A stretch of 64,000 nt of DNA from Mobula hypostoma. Its lineage: Eukaryota. Under the pieces are notes generated by a model. That model worked only from the letters and a program-made list of their open reading frames with translations. It had not been told where the DNA came from and did no database searches. Shown here piece after piece: positions 37,166-49,879 of this stretch. The position numbers and the translations under genes are program-made. Position 1 is the stretch's first letter, and each line of letters opens with the position of its first letter. Location of the stretch: the NCBI RefSeq assembly GCF_963921235.1, contig NC_086108.1:35590001-35654000 (forward strand), in the 5' to 3' direction.

Positions 37166-38520
37166 AGACATAGAATTCTACAGCACAGAAGGAGGCCTTC
37201 AGTCCAACTGCTCCATGCCGATCAAGGTTCCCATCTAAGCTGGCCCTATCTGCCTGTGTTCGGTTTATACCTCTTTAAACTTTTCCTATGGATTTATCTA
37301 TCCAAGTACTCTTTAAATGTTGTTTATGTATCTGCTGCAACCACTTCCTCTGGCAGCTCATTCCATATACTGACCACCTTGCTATGGCGCCAGCGTACAA
37401 TGCTAGCCTCGGTCGACATCTTCCAGATAGCAAATATAGACAGCTCTGAGAATGTTCCGGGAAGCGAGCACGTACTCGGATGGCCTCAATGCAAAGAGAT
37501 GTCGAGTCGGAGTGCGAGCCGAAGTTCGATTCCATTTCGTTTTTTTAAAATATCCAGTAATCACCAATTAAAGTGTCGAGGAAGGCTGAGGCATCGAGGT
37601 GAATGCAGAAGGTGAGTGAGAGTTTCAGCGCAGACTGAATTCCTTTTGATCGTTGCTGGAGAAGGAGTCTGCGAGCGGCCTATCGCTGTGTGGCTCGCTG
37701 CGGCAGGCAGGTAGGCCTCTCTGCCTTGTGTGGTGTCCCTCTCTGACAATGAATGTCGGTGATATCATAGGATGGTATCGTGGTTTTGCGTTTATGGACT
37801 GTGAACTTTTACTGACTTTTATATTCTGTGTTTCATTATTCCCCGTTCCTTTCCTGTTTCGTGTGTGAGGGGAGGGGTCTTGGGGGTTGATGTTCTGCTC
37901 AGTTTTTGAGTAGGGGAGGGGTCATTTTTGGGAGGTCGATGTTCCTGTTCTGTTTTGTGCGAGGGGAGGGGGTTTTGGGGGGTTGATGATTGGAATGCTG
38001 TTCCCTTTTGTACAGGGGATGGGTTTGATGTTTCTCTTGGAATGACTTTCATGTTCTTCTTTGCTACATGGCGATCTGAAGAAATAAAAATTTCAGAGCT
38101 GTATATGGAGACATGCTTTGATCATCAATGAACCCTTGAACCTTCAGGGTGAAAAAGTTACCCCACAAGTTCCTATTAAATCTCTCTCCTCTCACTTTAA
38201 ATCTATGCACACTAATTCTTGATTCCCCCTCCTTGGGAAATGGACTGTACATTTACCCTATCTATGCCACTCATGATTACAGCATATACCTATCTACAAG
38301 AATATGTCCCATTTTCCTTTGCTCAAATGAAGTAAGTCCCAATCTGTTCAACATCTCTCCATAATGCAGTCTTTAAAGACCCCATAAATCCCTGCACTCT
38401 TTCCAATTTAAGGGCATCTTTTCCACCATATTCCAAATCTGACTTTACCACCTACAACGTAACATCACAATTCTAAATATTCAGTCGCTGACTGGTGCAG
38501 ACTAGCATGTCAAAAACCTT
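37166..38520 (-). mobile_element. Old CR1 3' part, split by a retroposon
   Basis: HRFKVRGERFNRNLWGNFFT; host rejoins across ACCTT. Confidence 0.75.
37381..38139 (+). mobile_element. Non-coding retroposon with ATGGCGCC head and (TGAACC)n tail
   Basis: TSD ACCTT at 37376-37380 and 38140-38144; CpG-rich head; G-run 3' body. Confidence 0.75.
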
Positions 38521-38759
38521 GAGGGACTGAGTGGCCTACCTCTGCTCCTGTTTCCTTGTGCTCTTGCATTCATTTTAGTGTTTCTGCAGATTTGATTCAT
38601 GAATCTCATCTTTTCTGCACTTTAATGAGATTTGCACTAGGTGGCTCCAAAGAGTTGCATTTATAATGTTCAAAATGTGTGGCATTTGGATGACCTCTTC
38701 TGTAAAGAGAAACTCCATACAAGAGTCCAGCTCTCATTGAAATTGGATATTGACTTGCT

Positions 38760-39790
38760 GACCAACAGAACACAAATCAGTAAGGATAGCTAGGAAGCAG
38801 TGGGTGGTGGGTGCAAGATGTCTCTTGGAATGGAGAGTTGTCGGCCACAGGGTTCAGTGTCGGGAGCCCTTGCTATTCATTATTTATACAGATGTGATTG
38901 CATAAGACTCAGTTGGTAAGTGAGCAGATGATGTGGAATTGGGAGGTGTTGTTGATGGGGAAGAAAGTTAATGTAGACTACAGGGGATCTTGATCATTTA
39001 GGGAAGTGGACCAAGTTGTAGCAAATAGATTTCAATGCAGATAAGCGTAAGGCGATGTATTTTGGAAAGTCAAACAAGTGTAGTGTTAATGTTATGAACT
39101 GTAGGGTGCTTAGGAAGCGTAATGGGACCAGGAGTACAAATGCATAGTTCATTGAAAGCAGTATCACAGGTGGACAAGGTGCTGAGAAAGGCATTTAGCA
39201 CACTGGCTTTCATCATTCACGTCAACGAGTACAGAAGCTGGGGCAACATGTTCCAGTTCTATAATTGCTGGTGAGGCTGCATTTGCTGTACTATGTACAG
39301 TTTTGATCACCCTATTATAGGAAAGACATTGTTGAGCTGGAAAGTGCCGAAAAGGTTTACAAGAATGTTACCATGCCAACCGGGCCTGAACTATATGGAG
39401 AAGTTGGCCAGGTGTGGTCTTTATTCCTTGGAACAGGGAAGACCTCACAGAATTGTTTAAAATGATGTGAGGTATGTGACTAACAGTCTTGTCGTCAGGG
39501 TAGGGGATTCCAAAACTAGGGGACATAGATATAGGGTGAGAAAGGAGAGGTTTAATAAGGACCTGAAGGGCAACCTTTCACACAGATAGAGGAGAGTATA
39601 TGGAACGAGCTGCCAGGAGTGCCTGAGTCAGATACAATAATAGCATCTGATAGGCACAGGGATAGGTACATGGAAGATGAGGGTTGACAGATACAGGAAA
39701 TTGGGACTAGGTGGGTGGGCACTATGGTGGGACATGGTCCGGTTGAGCTGATGAACCAGTAGCCATGCTGTATGACTGCATGGCTCTCTG
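38760..39790 (+). mobile_element. Old CR1 RT fragment
   Basis: PQGSVSGALLF-like DNA and colinear similarity to 29600-30700. Confidence 0.8.
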
Positions 39791-39939
39791 ATAAGCAGTA
39801 GCACCTCCTCAATGATTATCCTGAAAAATGATACCCTACAAGGAAGAATCCTCAGACTCCTATTTTGCTCCCTATACACTTATAGCTGGGTGACCAGATT
39901 CTGCCCTAGCACCACATGTTAATTTATAGTTGACACCAC

Positions 39940-40198
39940 CATTGTGTGCCGTATCTTAAAATTCCCGCTGCTGTCTGTAAGGGGTTTGCATGTTCTCCCC
40001 ATGACGTGTAGGTTTCCTCTGGATGCTCTGGTTTCCTCCCATTGTCCAAGCAAATACCAGCTGATAGGTTAATTGGTCATTGTAAATTGTCCCATGAGTA
40101 GGCTAGGGGTTAAATCAGAAATGCTGGAGGGTGTGGCTCTAAGAGCCAGAAGGGATTATTCCTATTTATTTAACTCAATTAATCAATCAATCAATAAA
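39940..40198 (+). mobile_element. V-SINE (HE1-like)
   Basis: TTTGCATGTTCTCCCC...GGTTTCCTC..GATGCTCTGGTTTCCTCCCA V domain; (AATC)n tail. Confidence 0.8.
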
Positions 40199-40527
40199 CA
40201 GATATGAGTCAAAGTACAAGCAGGAGATAGACTAGTGTTATGGAGTCCTGACAAAACCTTTCCTTCAATGTCAGCAAAACAAAAGAGCTGTTTATTGACC
40301 TTAGGAAGTGTGGAAGTACAAATGCTCTTGTTTACATCAAAAGTACTGAGGTTGAGAGGGCTGAAGGGTGTGAGTTCATAGGAGTGAGAATCACCGACAA
40401 CCTATCATGGTGTAACCACATGCATGCTACCGTAACAAAGTGCACCAGAGCTTCTACTTCCTCAGGAGGCTAAAGAAACTCGTTATGCCCTTTTTGTCCC
40501 TCGCCAACTTCTACTGATGCACCACAG

Positions 40528-41760
40528 AATCAGAATCAGAATCAGGTTTAATATCTGCGACGTATGTCGTGAAATTTTGTAACTTACTGGTGGCAGTACA
40601 ATGATAAAATAGAACAAAAATAAATAAATTAGTAAATCAATTACAGTAAGTATATATATGTAGAAACAATTTTAAAAAGTGAGGTGGGTTCATGTGTTCA
40701 ATGTCCATTTACGAATCAGATGGCAGAGGGAAAGAAAGCTGTTCCTAAGTCACTGAGTATGTGTCTTCAGGCTTCTGTACCTCCTTCCAGATGGTACCAA
40801 TGAGAAGAGGGCATGTCCTGGGTGATAGGGATCCTTAATAATGGATGTTGCCATTCTGAGGCACAGCTCCTTGAAGATGTCTTGGATACTATGGAGACTA
40901 GTACCCAAGATGTAGCTGACTAATTTGACAATGTTCTGCTGCCTCTTTCAATCCTGTGCAGTAGCAGCCCCCACCACCCTCCCCCCATACCAACCTGTCA
41001 GAATGCTCTTCACAGTACATCTGTAGAGGTTTTCAAGTGTCTTAGGTGACAAACCAAACCTTTTCAAACTCCTAATGAAATATAGTCACTGTCCTGCCTT
41101 CTTTATAATTGCATCAATATAGAAACATAGAAAACCTACAGCACAATACAGGCCCTTCGGCCCACAAAGCTGTGCTGAGCATGTCCTTACCTTAGAAATT
41201 ACCCGGGATTACCCATAGCCCTCTATTTTTCTGAGCTCCATGTACCTGTCCAGCAGTCTCTTAAAAGACCTTATCATATCCACCTCCACCACCGTTGCCG
41301 ACAGCCCATTCCATGCACTTACCACTCTCTGCGTAAAAAAACTTACCCCTGACATTTCCTCTGTACCTACATCCAAGCACCTTACAACTGTGCGCTCTCG
41401 TGCTAGTCATTTCAGCCCTGGGAAAAAGCCTCTGATTATCCACATGATCAATGCCTCTCATCATCTTATACACCTCTATCAGGTCACCTCTCATCCTCCA
41501 TTGCTCCAAGGAAAAAAGGTTGAGTTCACTCAACCTATTCTCATAAGGCATGCTCCCCAATCCAGGCAACATCCTTGTAAATCTCCTCTGCATCCTTTCT
41601 ATGAGGCGATATGTTAGGGCCAGGTTAGATTCTCAGAGATCTTGACACCCAGGAACTTGAAATTGATCACTCTCTCCACTTCCGATCCCTTTTTGAGGAT
41701 TGGTTGGTGTTCCCTCATCCTGCCCTTCCTGAAGTCCACAATCAGCTCTTTGGTCTTACC
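40528..41760 (-). mobile_element. Rex1/Babar-like LINE nested antisense
   Basis: KTKELIVDFRKG...FKFLGVKISENLTW; (TGATTC)n tail; same family as 30839-31642. Confidence 0.85.
41119..41602 (-). mobile_element. CR1 3' fragment (TTCTATGT tail subfamily)
   Basis: QRRFTRMLPGL..RMRGDLIEVYKMM. Confidence 0.9.
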
Positions 41761-42452
41761 ATCCTTTCCAGATTTATCATGGCTTGGTATGGCAAATGCT
41801 CTGCCTGTCACTGCAAGAAACTGCAAAGAATTGTTGATGCAGCTCGGCATGTTACAGAAACCAGCCTCGTCTCCATGGAATCTACCGATAGTTCTCACCG
41901 CCTTGGTAAAGCAGACAACATAATTAAAAACACCACCTGCCCCAGACACTCACAATTCTCCCATTCCCTACCCCGTTTGGGCAGAAGATACAAAAGCCTG
42001 AAAGTACGAATGTACCACCAGCCCCAAGGATAGCTTCTACCCTGCTGGTATAAGACCATTGAACAGACCACTTGTATGATAACATGAACTCTTGACCTCG
42101 CAATCTACATCATCGTGGTTTTGCATCTTATTGTCCACCTGCCTTGCACTTGCTCTGTAATTGTAACACAATATCGTGCATTCTGTCACTGCTTCTCCCT
42201 TGTACTACCTCGATGCACAGATGTGATGAAATGATCCATACGGATGGATCAGTATCTGTGATGACAAAAAGTAAATTTCACGTACTAATTTGTCCTTTCG
42301 GGGTTGGAGTCACGGATGATAAAGTGAACATTTTAATAACTGTGTGTTGATTGGGATGTGATATCACTACTTAGTGAAGTTGGGGGAGGGTAATATATCC
42401 ATTAGAACAGTGACAAGGGAGGTAAGGAGAGAGAAGGAGTTGCTTTCCCAGA

Positions 42453-43040
42453 AAAACAAACACAAAATGCTGGAGGAACACAGCAGCTCAAGCAGCAACT
42501 ATGGAGAGGAATAAACAGTCGATGTTTCGAGTCTATACCCTTCATTAACATTGGAAAGGAAGAGGGAATAAGGTGGGGAGGGGAGGGAAAGGAGTAGAAG
42601 CTGATCGATGAAGCCAGGTGAGGGGGAAGGTAGGTGGGTGAGGCGGATGAAGTGAGAAACTGAGAGGTGATAGGTGGAAGAGGTAAAGGGCTGAAGAAGA
42701 AATCTGATAGGAAAAGAGAATGGACGTCAAGAGAACAGAAGGGTGTCCCTTTAGAACAGAGTTGTGGAATTCATTGCCATAGACGGCTGTGGAGCAGAGG
42801 TTGATAGGTTCTTGATTAGTAAGGGTGTCAAAAGTTATTGGGAGATGGAAGAAGAATAGGGTTAAGATAATAAATAAGCCACTATCGAATGACAGAGCAC
42901 ATTCGATTGGCTAAATGGCCCATCTGCTCCTATGTTCTCTGGTCTTATGGAAAGGAGGAGGGGCACTGAAGGGAGGTGTTAGGCAGGTGAGGAGAAGTGA
43001 AGTGATAAGAGAGTGGCCAATTACCAGAATTTAGAGAAAG
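42453..43040 (-). mobile_element. Older Penelope-like 3' region with decayed hammerhead, split by a CR1 tail (~42735-42950)
   Basis: ACAAAATGCTGGAGGAAC...CAGTCGATGTTTCG...ACCCTTCATT is homologous to the young copies; pyrimidine-rich 3'UTR on the minus strand. Confidence 0.7.
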
Positions 43041-43235
43041 TGCCATCAAGTTGGACTCTTCCCCAGAATGTTTCTCACATAGAAGAAATGCATTGGGGAA
43101 GGTTTGCATAGACACAGGAGGTAGAAAGGATGAGAAAAGATGGGGAACTTCTCTCAGTTCACTGGCCAATATTTATATTTCCACTAGTAGCATAAAAACA
43201 AGTTACACCTGAAAATTTTGCATTGAATTTTATTC

Positions 43236-43400
43236 CACACAAAATGCTAGAGGAACTCAGCAGGCCAGGTAGCATCTAGGAAAAGAATACAGTCAACATT
43301 TCGGACCAAAACCCTTCAGCAGAGCTTGTCCTGATGAGTTCCTCCAGCATTTTGTGTGTGTTGCTCAGATTTCCAGACTCTGCAGATTTTCTCTTGTTTC
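43236..43400. mobile_element. Older Penelope-like inverted mini-insertion
   Basis: CACACAAAATGCTAGAGGAACTCA pairs with TGAGTTCCTCCAGCATTTTGTGTG; tail on the right arm only. Confidence 0.8.
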
Positions 43401-43949
43401 TGACCGTGAGAAAGCACAAGCCCTACTCCTCCTGTTGGTTGTCACTATTGCTACCTTGATGCAGCTTTTAAATTCTGAATATGTGCAAAGATGGCATTCC
43501 CGTATAGTATTCTTTTTGGAGCACAGCAGGGGAACTTGGAGCATGACCTGAGGCAAATACTGTTGGCCACTCCTGAGACAACATGGTCTCCCCGGACCTG
43601 TGCATATCAGAGAGATTGCAAGATGGTTGAAATGGAACTGTTCGGATTTTCATGTGGTCCTCATACTGACTAACCCTCCACCTGCCATCTATATCTCTCC
43701 GATTCTGCAATTATACTGATGATTGCTCAGGGTCAGCACCTTTCCCAAACTATTCCATAACAACCTGATGACCTCCATCCACTCCAACTCCCCTCTCTGA
43801 TGAACTAAAGACATCCATTACGTCACCCAACACATATCCCTCCAATATCTCTCGTCGCAGCGTGATTTCCCAAACTTCAGTTGCCACAATCACTCAGCCT
43901 CTATGTACTCCTACAATCACTTCTCACACCCCCCCCCCATTTGAAGAGA

Positions 43950-44135
43950 CCTGTTATGACACCAAAGACTCTTACGAAGCTCTGTGGATGTATGGTGAAT
44001 GCATGTATTCTGACTGGCTGATTTGGAGCCTCCCATGCACAACACCGCAAGAGGCTGCAGAGGGCTGTAGATTTAGACAGCTCCCTCACGGGCACAATTG
44101 TTCCTGCCATCAAGGATACCTTCACGAGTCTTTGT
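43950..44135 (+). mobile_element. Rex1/Babar-like fragment
   Basis: DNA similarity to 41761-41930 and 56860-57010. Confidence 0.55.
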
Positions 44136-44700
44136 GAGGTGATATTACAGCTACAGTGTATAAGATCTTGGTCAGATCCCACTTAGAGTACTGTGTTCAG
44201 TTCTGGTCACCTCACTACAGGAAGGATGTGGATACTATAGAGAGAGCGCAGAGGAGATTTACAGGACATTACCTGGATTGGAGGGTGTACCTTATGAGAA
44301 CAGGTTGAGTGAACTTGGCTTTTTCTCCTTGGAGCAACGGAGTATGAGAGGTGATTTGATAGAGGTGCATAAGATGATGGGGGTATTGATCATGTGGATA
44401 GCCAGAGGCTTCTTCCCAGGGCTGAAATGGCTAACATGAGGGGGCATAGTTTTAAGATGCTTGGAAATAAGTACCGCGGGGATGTCAGGGGTAAGTTTTT
44501 CCACACAGAGAGTGATAGGTGCATGGAATGCACTGCTGGTGGCGGTGGTGGAAGCGGATACAATAGGGTCTTTAGGAGCCTCTTAGGTAGGTACATGGAG
44601 CTTAGAAAAATAGGGGGCTCTGTGTTAGGGAATTTCTAGGCAGTTTCTAGAGTAGATTACCTGGTTGGCACAGCATTGTGGGCTGAAGGGCCTGTAGTGA
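44135..44700 (+). mobile_element. CR1 3' fragment
   Basis: DSQRLLPRAEMANMRGHSFKMLG; homologous to 62480-63050. Confidence 0.9.
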
Positions 44701-45683
44701 TAACAAATCCGATTCTGTCTCTGCTCCTGCAGCAACCTCTCAGCCTGTGACAGCGCTCCCAGCTTTCTCCCATTTACATATCAACATACTGACCTTCTGA
44801 TCTTAACACGATTCCATGGAGTCACACAGCATCGAAAGAGGCCAGTTGGCCCACGCTGTGCACACCGACCAGTAGGTAACCATAGATCATACAGGTATGC
44901 ACTATTCCCATCTTCCAGTCACTTGCCCGTGGTCTTCTCTGCCTAGAGAATGAGTTGGTTTCAACTCCACATCTATTGGTGACCTATCCATTCTCTCTGA
45001 TCCTGTCCCCATCCTCCCTATGTTGGACTACAATATCTCCACCTAAGTCATTTCCCCAGAACATATTCCACCGATGTCCTGCCCTGGCCATAAAAAATTA
45101 CCTCAGCCTCTCCCCTTGTTACATTCCTCTTTCCACCTCTCATCTGGTCACATAAACAGCTTGTTCTTGGATGTAACTGAGTGTTTATATGGTGGTTCAT
45201 TAGTCAAAAGGGTTTTTCATGCTGGCCTCTACATCATCCCAGCAGTCCCCAAATGTCTAAGGATGTCTAAGTTGTACTTTGTTCACATGAAATTTATGTT
45301 TCCTTGCTCTGTGAAACAAATGACAAAACATCTAGATTTCAAGATGATTGAATGCCACATTAGTGGAGGTTTTTACTATATATACACTAACTCTCTGCCT
45401 CTATTTACTGCACTGAGCTTATTAAATCTTCTGCCTGTGGCCAGTCAAGCCATGGCCTTGAAATAGCATCACTTTTCCTTCCCACAATTCTTTGATTTTG
45501 ACTGATTTTGAGGAGAGATTGGATATGCTGGACTTGTTTTCCTCGGAGGCTAAGGAGGGAACTAATAGTCGTCAACAAAATGAAGATTGTCATTGATAGT
45601 TTAGATAGGAAGAAACCTTTTCCCAAAGAAGAGGTATCTAAAACCAAAGACCCCAGGTTTAAGATGAGGGAGAAGATATTTCA

Positions 45684-46068
45684 ATAGTCATAGTAGTCAT
45701 AGTCATACTTTATTGATCCCGGGGGAAATTGGTTTTCGTTACAGTTGCACCATAAATAATAAATAGTAATAGAACCATAAATAGTTAAATAGTAATATGT
45801 AAGTTATGCCAGTAAATTATGAAATAAGTCCAGGACCAGCCTATCGGCTCAGGGTGTCTAACCCTCCAAGGGAGGAGTTGTAATGTTTGATGGCCACAGG
45901 CAGGAATGACTTCCTATGACGCTCTGTGCTGCATCTCGGAGGAATGAGTCTCTGGCTGAATGTACTCCTGTGCCCACCCAGTACATTATGTAGTGGATGG
46001 GAGACATTGACCAGGATGGCATGCAACTTAGACAGCATCCTCTTTTCAGACACCACCGTGAGAGAGGT
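45684..46068 (-). mobile_element. Young Rex1/Babar-like 3' end with (TGACTA)n tail, inside an old CR1 (~45500-46310)
   Basis: Open C-terminal ORF RMLSKLHAILVNVSHPLH...RHRKSFLPVAIKHYNSS; AATAAA followed by the tail. Confidence 0.8.
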
Positions 46069-48383
46069 GGGAATTGTGAGGGAATTGAAGAAGGAAATTT
46101 TTCACCCCAGAAGTTTTGTGGAATCTGTAACACATTGCCTGAGAAGGCAGTGGAGGCAGAGGCTCTGGTAACTAGATGACTCTTGCCAAGACAAAGAAGA
46201 CTACAGATCAAGTGCTAGAAAATGGGATTGGTATATATCAATACTTTCAAGTTGGAATAGAAATGGAGCACCGAAGAGCTTGATCCTATCCTGAAAGATT
46301 CTGACTTTATGGCTCTATTTTCCACTCACAATCTCCGAGCACCATTAGGAACTCACACAGTGACTCACTGTTTGTCAGAAGTATCTACCTACATAAGGTA
46401 CCCATGATTTAACAGAGCATCAACCAGTAATAAATGGCCGTATTACCTTGTTCACCAGAAATTAAAGTGCCCCTCAGGCATTTGTACTCAATGGAGTGAG
46501 TGGGGATATTTTTCCAATTGTTGGAATTTTTCCAATATTGGAAGGTAATGAACTCCATTTAAAATATTTTATTGATAGAAATCTGGTAATGTTGCTTAAA
46601 GCCAATTCCATAGTCGGCTGTTGGAAGTGAAATAAAATGGGCACAAATCACTCTGATTTTCTTTATTGTGAAAAAGGTGGCCGATACACACGTTACCTCT
46701 GTATTGGCATGTTGCCATCAAACTTCAAGGCTGAGATATTTAATGTATTATTTCTTCACAAGTGAAATGCATATATAGAAGTGCCCATAGAGTGTTCTAT
46801 TGACTCATAACTTCCCATTTTCTAGACAGTTTTGATCACAAGACATGCAGAAAAGGACACCAACAAAAGACTTTTCTTTACTTGAAGTTCTAATCTATTT
46901 TTACAAGTTTCACATGAATCAATTACTCCTAATTTTACTTCTGCATGGTTGCTTAAATGCAACAGGAACTTGTACCGAAACTGTGATCAATATCACGCTG
47001 GTTGGACTACTGGACAAGATTCCGTGAAATGAAATTTAAGTAAACACAAATATAAAACCTTCCATAAACATAATTCTTTCTTTTATATTCGCTCCAATAT
47101 AAAAACAAATTTCCTTGATATATTTAAGTGTTGAAATCAGTTCCTGTTTTATAAATACACCAGCACCTTGATGGAGAGGCTTGTCTCCAAGCAAGGACAT
47201 TTCTAGCACTTTTAAACATTTTAATAATAAAATTACTCTACAGTGTTTATTAAGTTCATTAGTACCATGGCTGGTTACATAGTAAAGTAAATAGTTTTTC
47301 AAATTAATATCTTTTATAATGTGTCCTCTAATATTTAAGCCGCAGGATGAGAAACCAAATTGTAGACTCTTCCCAAACTATTTGCCAAGATTCTTAACAC
47401 ATTGACAGGAGTCCAGAGCACAGTAAGCTTTTTCTGTTGGCAACACCTGCTTTGGGCAATTCAAATCATGAAGCAGTATGAAAATGAAGACTCAAGTGCA
47501 AATGGTTGGAATGGAAATCAATTGTCAATCGAGTGAGCTATATGGAGAAGATAGTGCAAAGCTAGGTGAATTCATTTGCTATTAAGGAATTAAAATATGA
47601 ATTGTTTTAAGAAAACCATGCACAATTTTTAATTGTTAAATTGTACAGACTGAATTAATTTTCTTTTTAATAAATACTGTAGTTAAATTGATTGAAAGTG
47701 ATGAAGAGTTGGAAAAAATTGTTATAGAAAGATGCTGGTAATATTTATACTCCGTCTTCTAAACTGTTTGAAATAAGGTATCAGAAATGTTCAATTTCTG
47801 GGTTAGGTCATCAGGGTTTAAACAAAAGGCTTGGACTTCATCATTTTAGTTCTCATATGGTAATGTATACATTTTTAAAACAAAATAGTCATTACATTGT
47901 AAATGGCTTTATTGTCAAGTTTGTTTCTATAAAAGATTCTTAAAGAAAGTGATGTGACCCTTCTCCATTCTCCGGTGTAGTTCACCAACGTCTTTGCAGC
48001 CTCAGCCAATGCTTAAATTAATTTCATTGGCCGCTAGTCTGAACCGAAATGAAATATCTATTTTTCATTTTGTGTGTCATCATATCCAAAGCAGATCCTG
48101 ATCTGGATTTTCATTTCTTGTTTTAAGAAGATCAGAACATAGAAAAGGACCAATAATAGGCATCACAGCCACTTAAGCCTGCCTCATCATTTAATATGAT
48201 CATGGCTGCTCCAGACTTTATCTTCTCTCCTATGCCCCATCTTTAAAAATTGTATCTACTTCCTCTTTAAATACCCCCAATGTTCTGACCTTCACAATCT
48301 CCCAGAGCAGAGAATTCTAGAGATTCACCACCCTCTGCAAGAAGAAGTTCCAATGCATTTCACATTTAAATAACTACTTCTTA

Positions 48384-48698
48384 AAGTAAAGGCATCCGTT
48401 AATCTTGCGAGACCATGGACCTGTGCCTGGAAAGTCTTCACTCTCCAGGGCGCAGACCTGGGCAAGGTTGTATGGAAGACCAGCAGTTGCCCATGCTGCA
48501 AGTATCCCCTCTCCATGACACCGATGTTGTCCAAGGGAAGGGCATTAGGACCCATACGGCTCGGCACCAGTAAAACCGCAGAGCTCTGTGTGATTAAGTG
48601 TCATGCTCAAGGACACAACACGCTGCCTCGGCTGGGGCTCGAACTCACGACCTTCAGATCGCTAGCTGAATGCCTTAACCACTTAGCCAGGTACCCAC
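48384..48698 (-). mobile_element. tRNA-head + CORE-like + RTE-like-tail SINE
   Basis: A box TGGCTAAGTGG, B box GAGTTCGAGCC, GTGTCCTTGAGCA; 12-bp TSD AACTACT(T/C)CTTA. Confidence 0.85.
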
Positions 48699-48780
48699 AA
48701 CTACTCCTTACCTCATGTCCATTTGCAATTGATCAAGATTCTCCCACTAGTGGAAATATCTCAACACCTACCCTAACACG

Positions 48781-49459
48781 GGAGGAGAGGATGGTGGCGT
48801 GACGCAGCTCGCAGCGGCCACTCCTGTGGTGATATCTATTATCTGACAAGTTGGGTGCCGTGCACAATCCTGATTTGATGGAGACAGATGTGAGAGCACG
48901 GCGGAACATCTGGTGAAACTTCTGAAATGCCTGTTTCGCTGCCGCTGCTACTGTGTGGTCCGAAATCTCCGGAGGGGAAGGCCCCCGAGTTCTCAGCTTT
49001 GCTTGTTGCTCGGTGGCCGGGGTGGGGTTGCAGCGCTCGGCAGAGGATGGTGCTCGGTGCTCGGTGTCGGAGGGCTGGTCGGAGGCTCGAAGTTTTCGGA
49101 CGGACTCAGAGTCCGCTGCTGTCGGGTGCTTCCAGTGGTGCAGCATCAGCAAGTTTGCGGCGCTTGGAGGTTCATGACAGGGAGAGTTTTGCCCTTCTAC
49201 CGTCTGCGTGAGGTGATGGGGCTATCGGGACTTGAGACTTTTTTTTACCGTGCCCATGGTCTGCTCTTTATCAAATTTCAGTATTGCTTTGCACTGTTGT
49301 AACTATATGTGATAATTCTGTGGTTTTGTCAGTTTTAGTCTTGGTTTGTCCTGTGTTTCTGTGATTATCATTCTGGAGGAACAATGTATCATTTTTTAAT
49401 GCATGCATTTCTAAATGACATTAAACGAGGACTGAGTGTCCTCATAATCTAATCTAATC
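48781..49459 (+). mobile_element. Non-coding retroposon with GAGGAGAGGATGGTGG head and (AATCT)n tail
   Basis: Homologue of 33330-34012; sits inside an old minus-strand CR1 fragment (~48130-49500). Confidence 0.8.
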
Positions 49460-49511
49460 ATATGTCCTATATCTTTCACTGAGATTACAACTCATTCTTC
49501 AAGATTATATA

Positions 49512-49870
49512 CATTCAGTGGCCACTTCCTGAGGTACCTCCTTTACCTAATAAAGTGGCCTCTAAGTGTATGTTTGTGGTCTTCGGTTGCTGTATGCCAT
49601 GCACATCAAGGTTCGATGGGTTATGCATTCAGAGATGCTCTTCTGCACACCACTGTTGTAAAACGTGTCTTTTTGAGTTACTGTTGCCTTCCTGTCAACT
49701 TGAAACAGTATGGTCATCTTCCTCTGACTTCTCTCATTAACAAGCATTTTTGCCCACAGAACTGCCACTCGCTGCATTTTATTTTGTTTTTCACACATTT
49801 CTTTGTAAACTTTAGAGTTTTGTGCTTGAAAATTCCAAAAGATCTGCAGTTTTTGAGATACTTAAACCTA
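49512..49870 (-). mobile_element. Truncated Tc1-like non-autonomous element
   Basis: 57-bp terminal palindrome 49512-49568 flanked by TA; transposase remnant DRKATVTQ..GVQKSISEC; homologous to 59591-60161. Confidence 0.8.
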
Positions 49871-49879
49871 CTCTCCCAC

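Larger units (their letters stand above)
40245..42290 (+). mobile_element. Old Rex1/Babar-like LINE hosting two nested insertions
   Basis: NVSKTKELFIDLRK at ~40267; resumes at 41761 with ILSRFIMAWYGKC. Confidence 0.78.
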
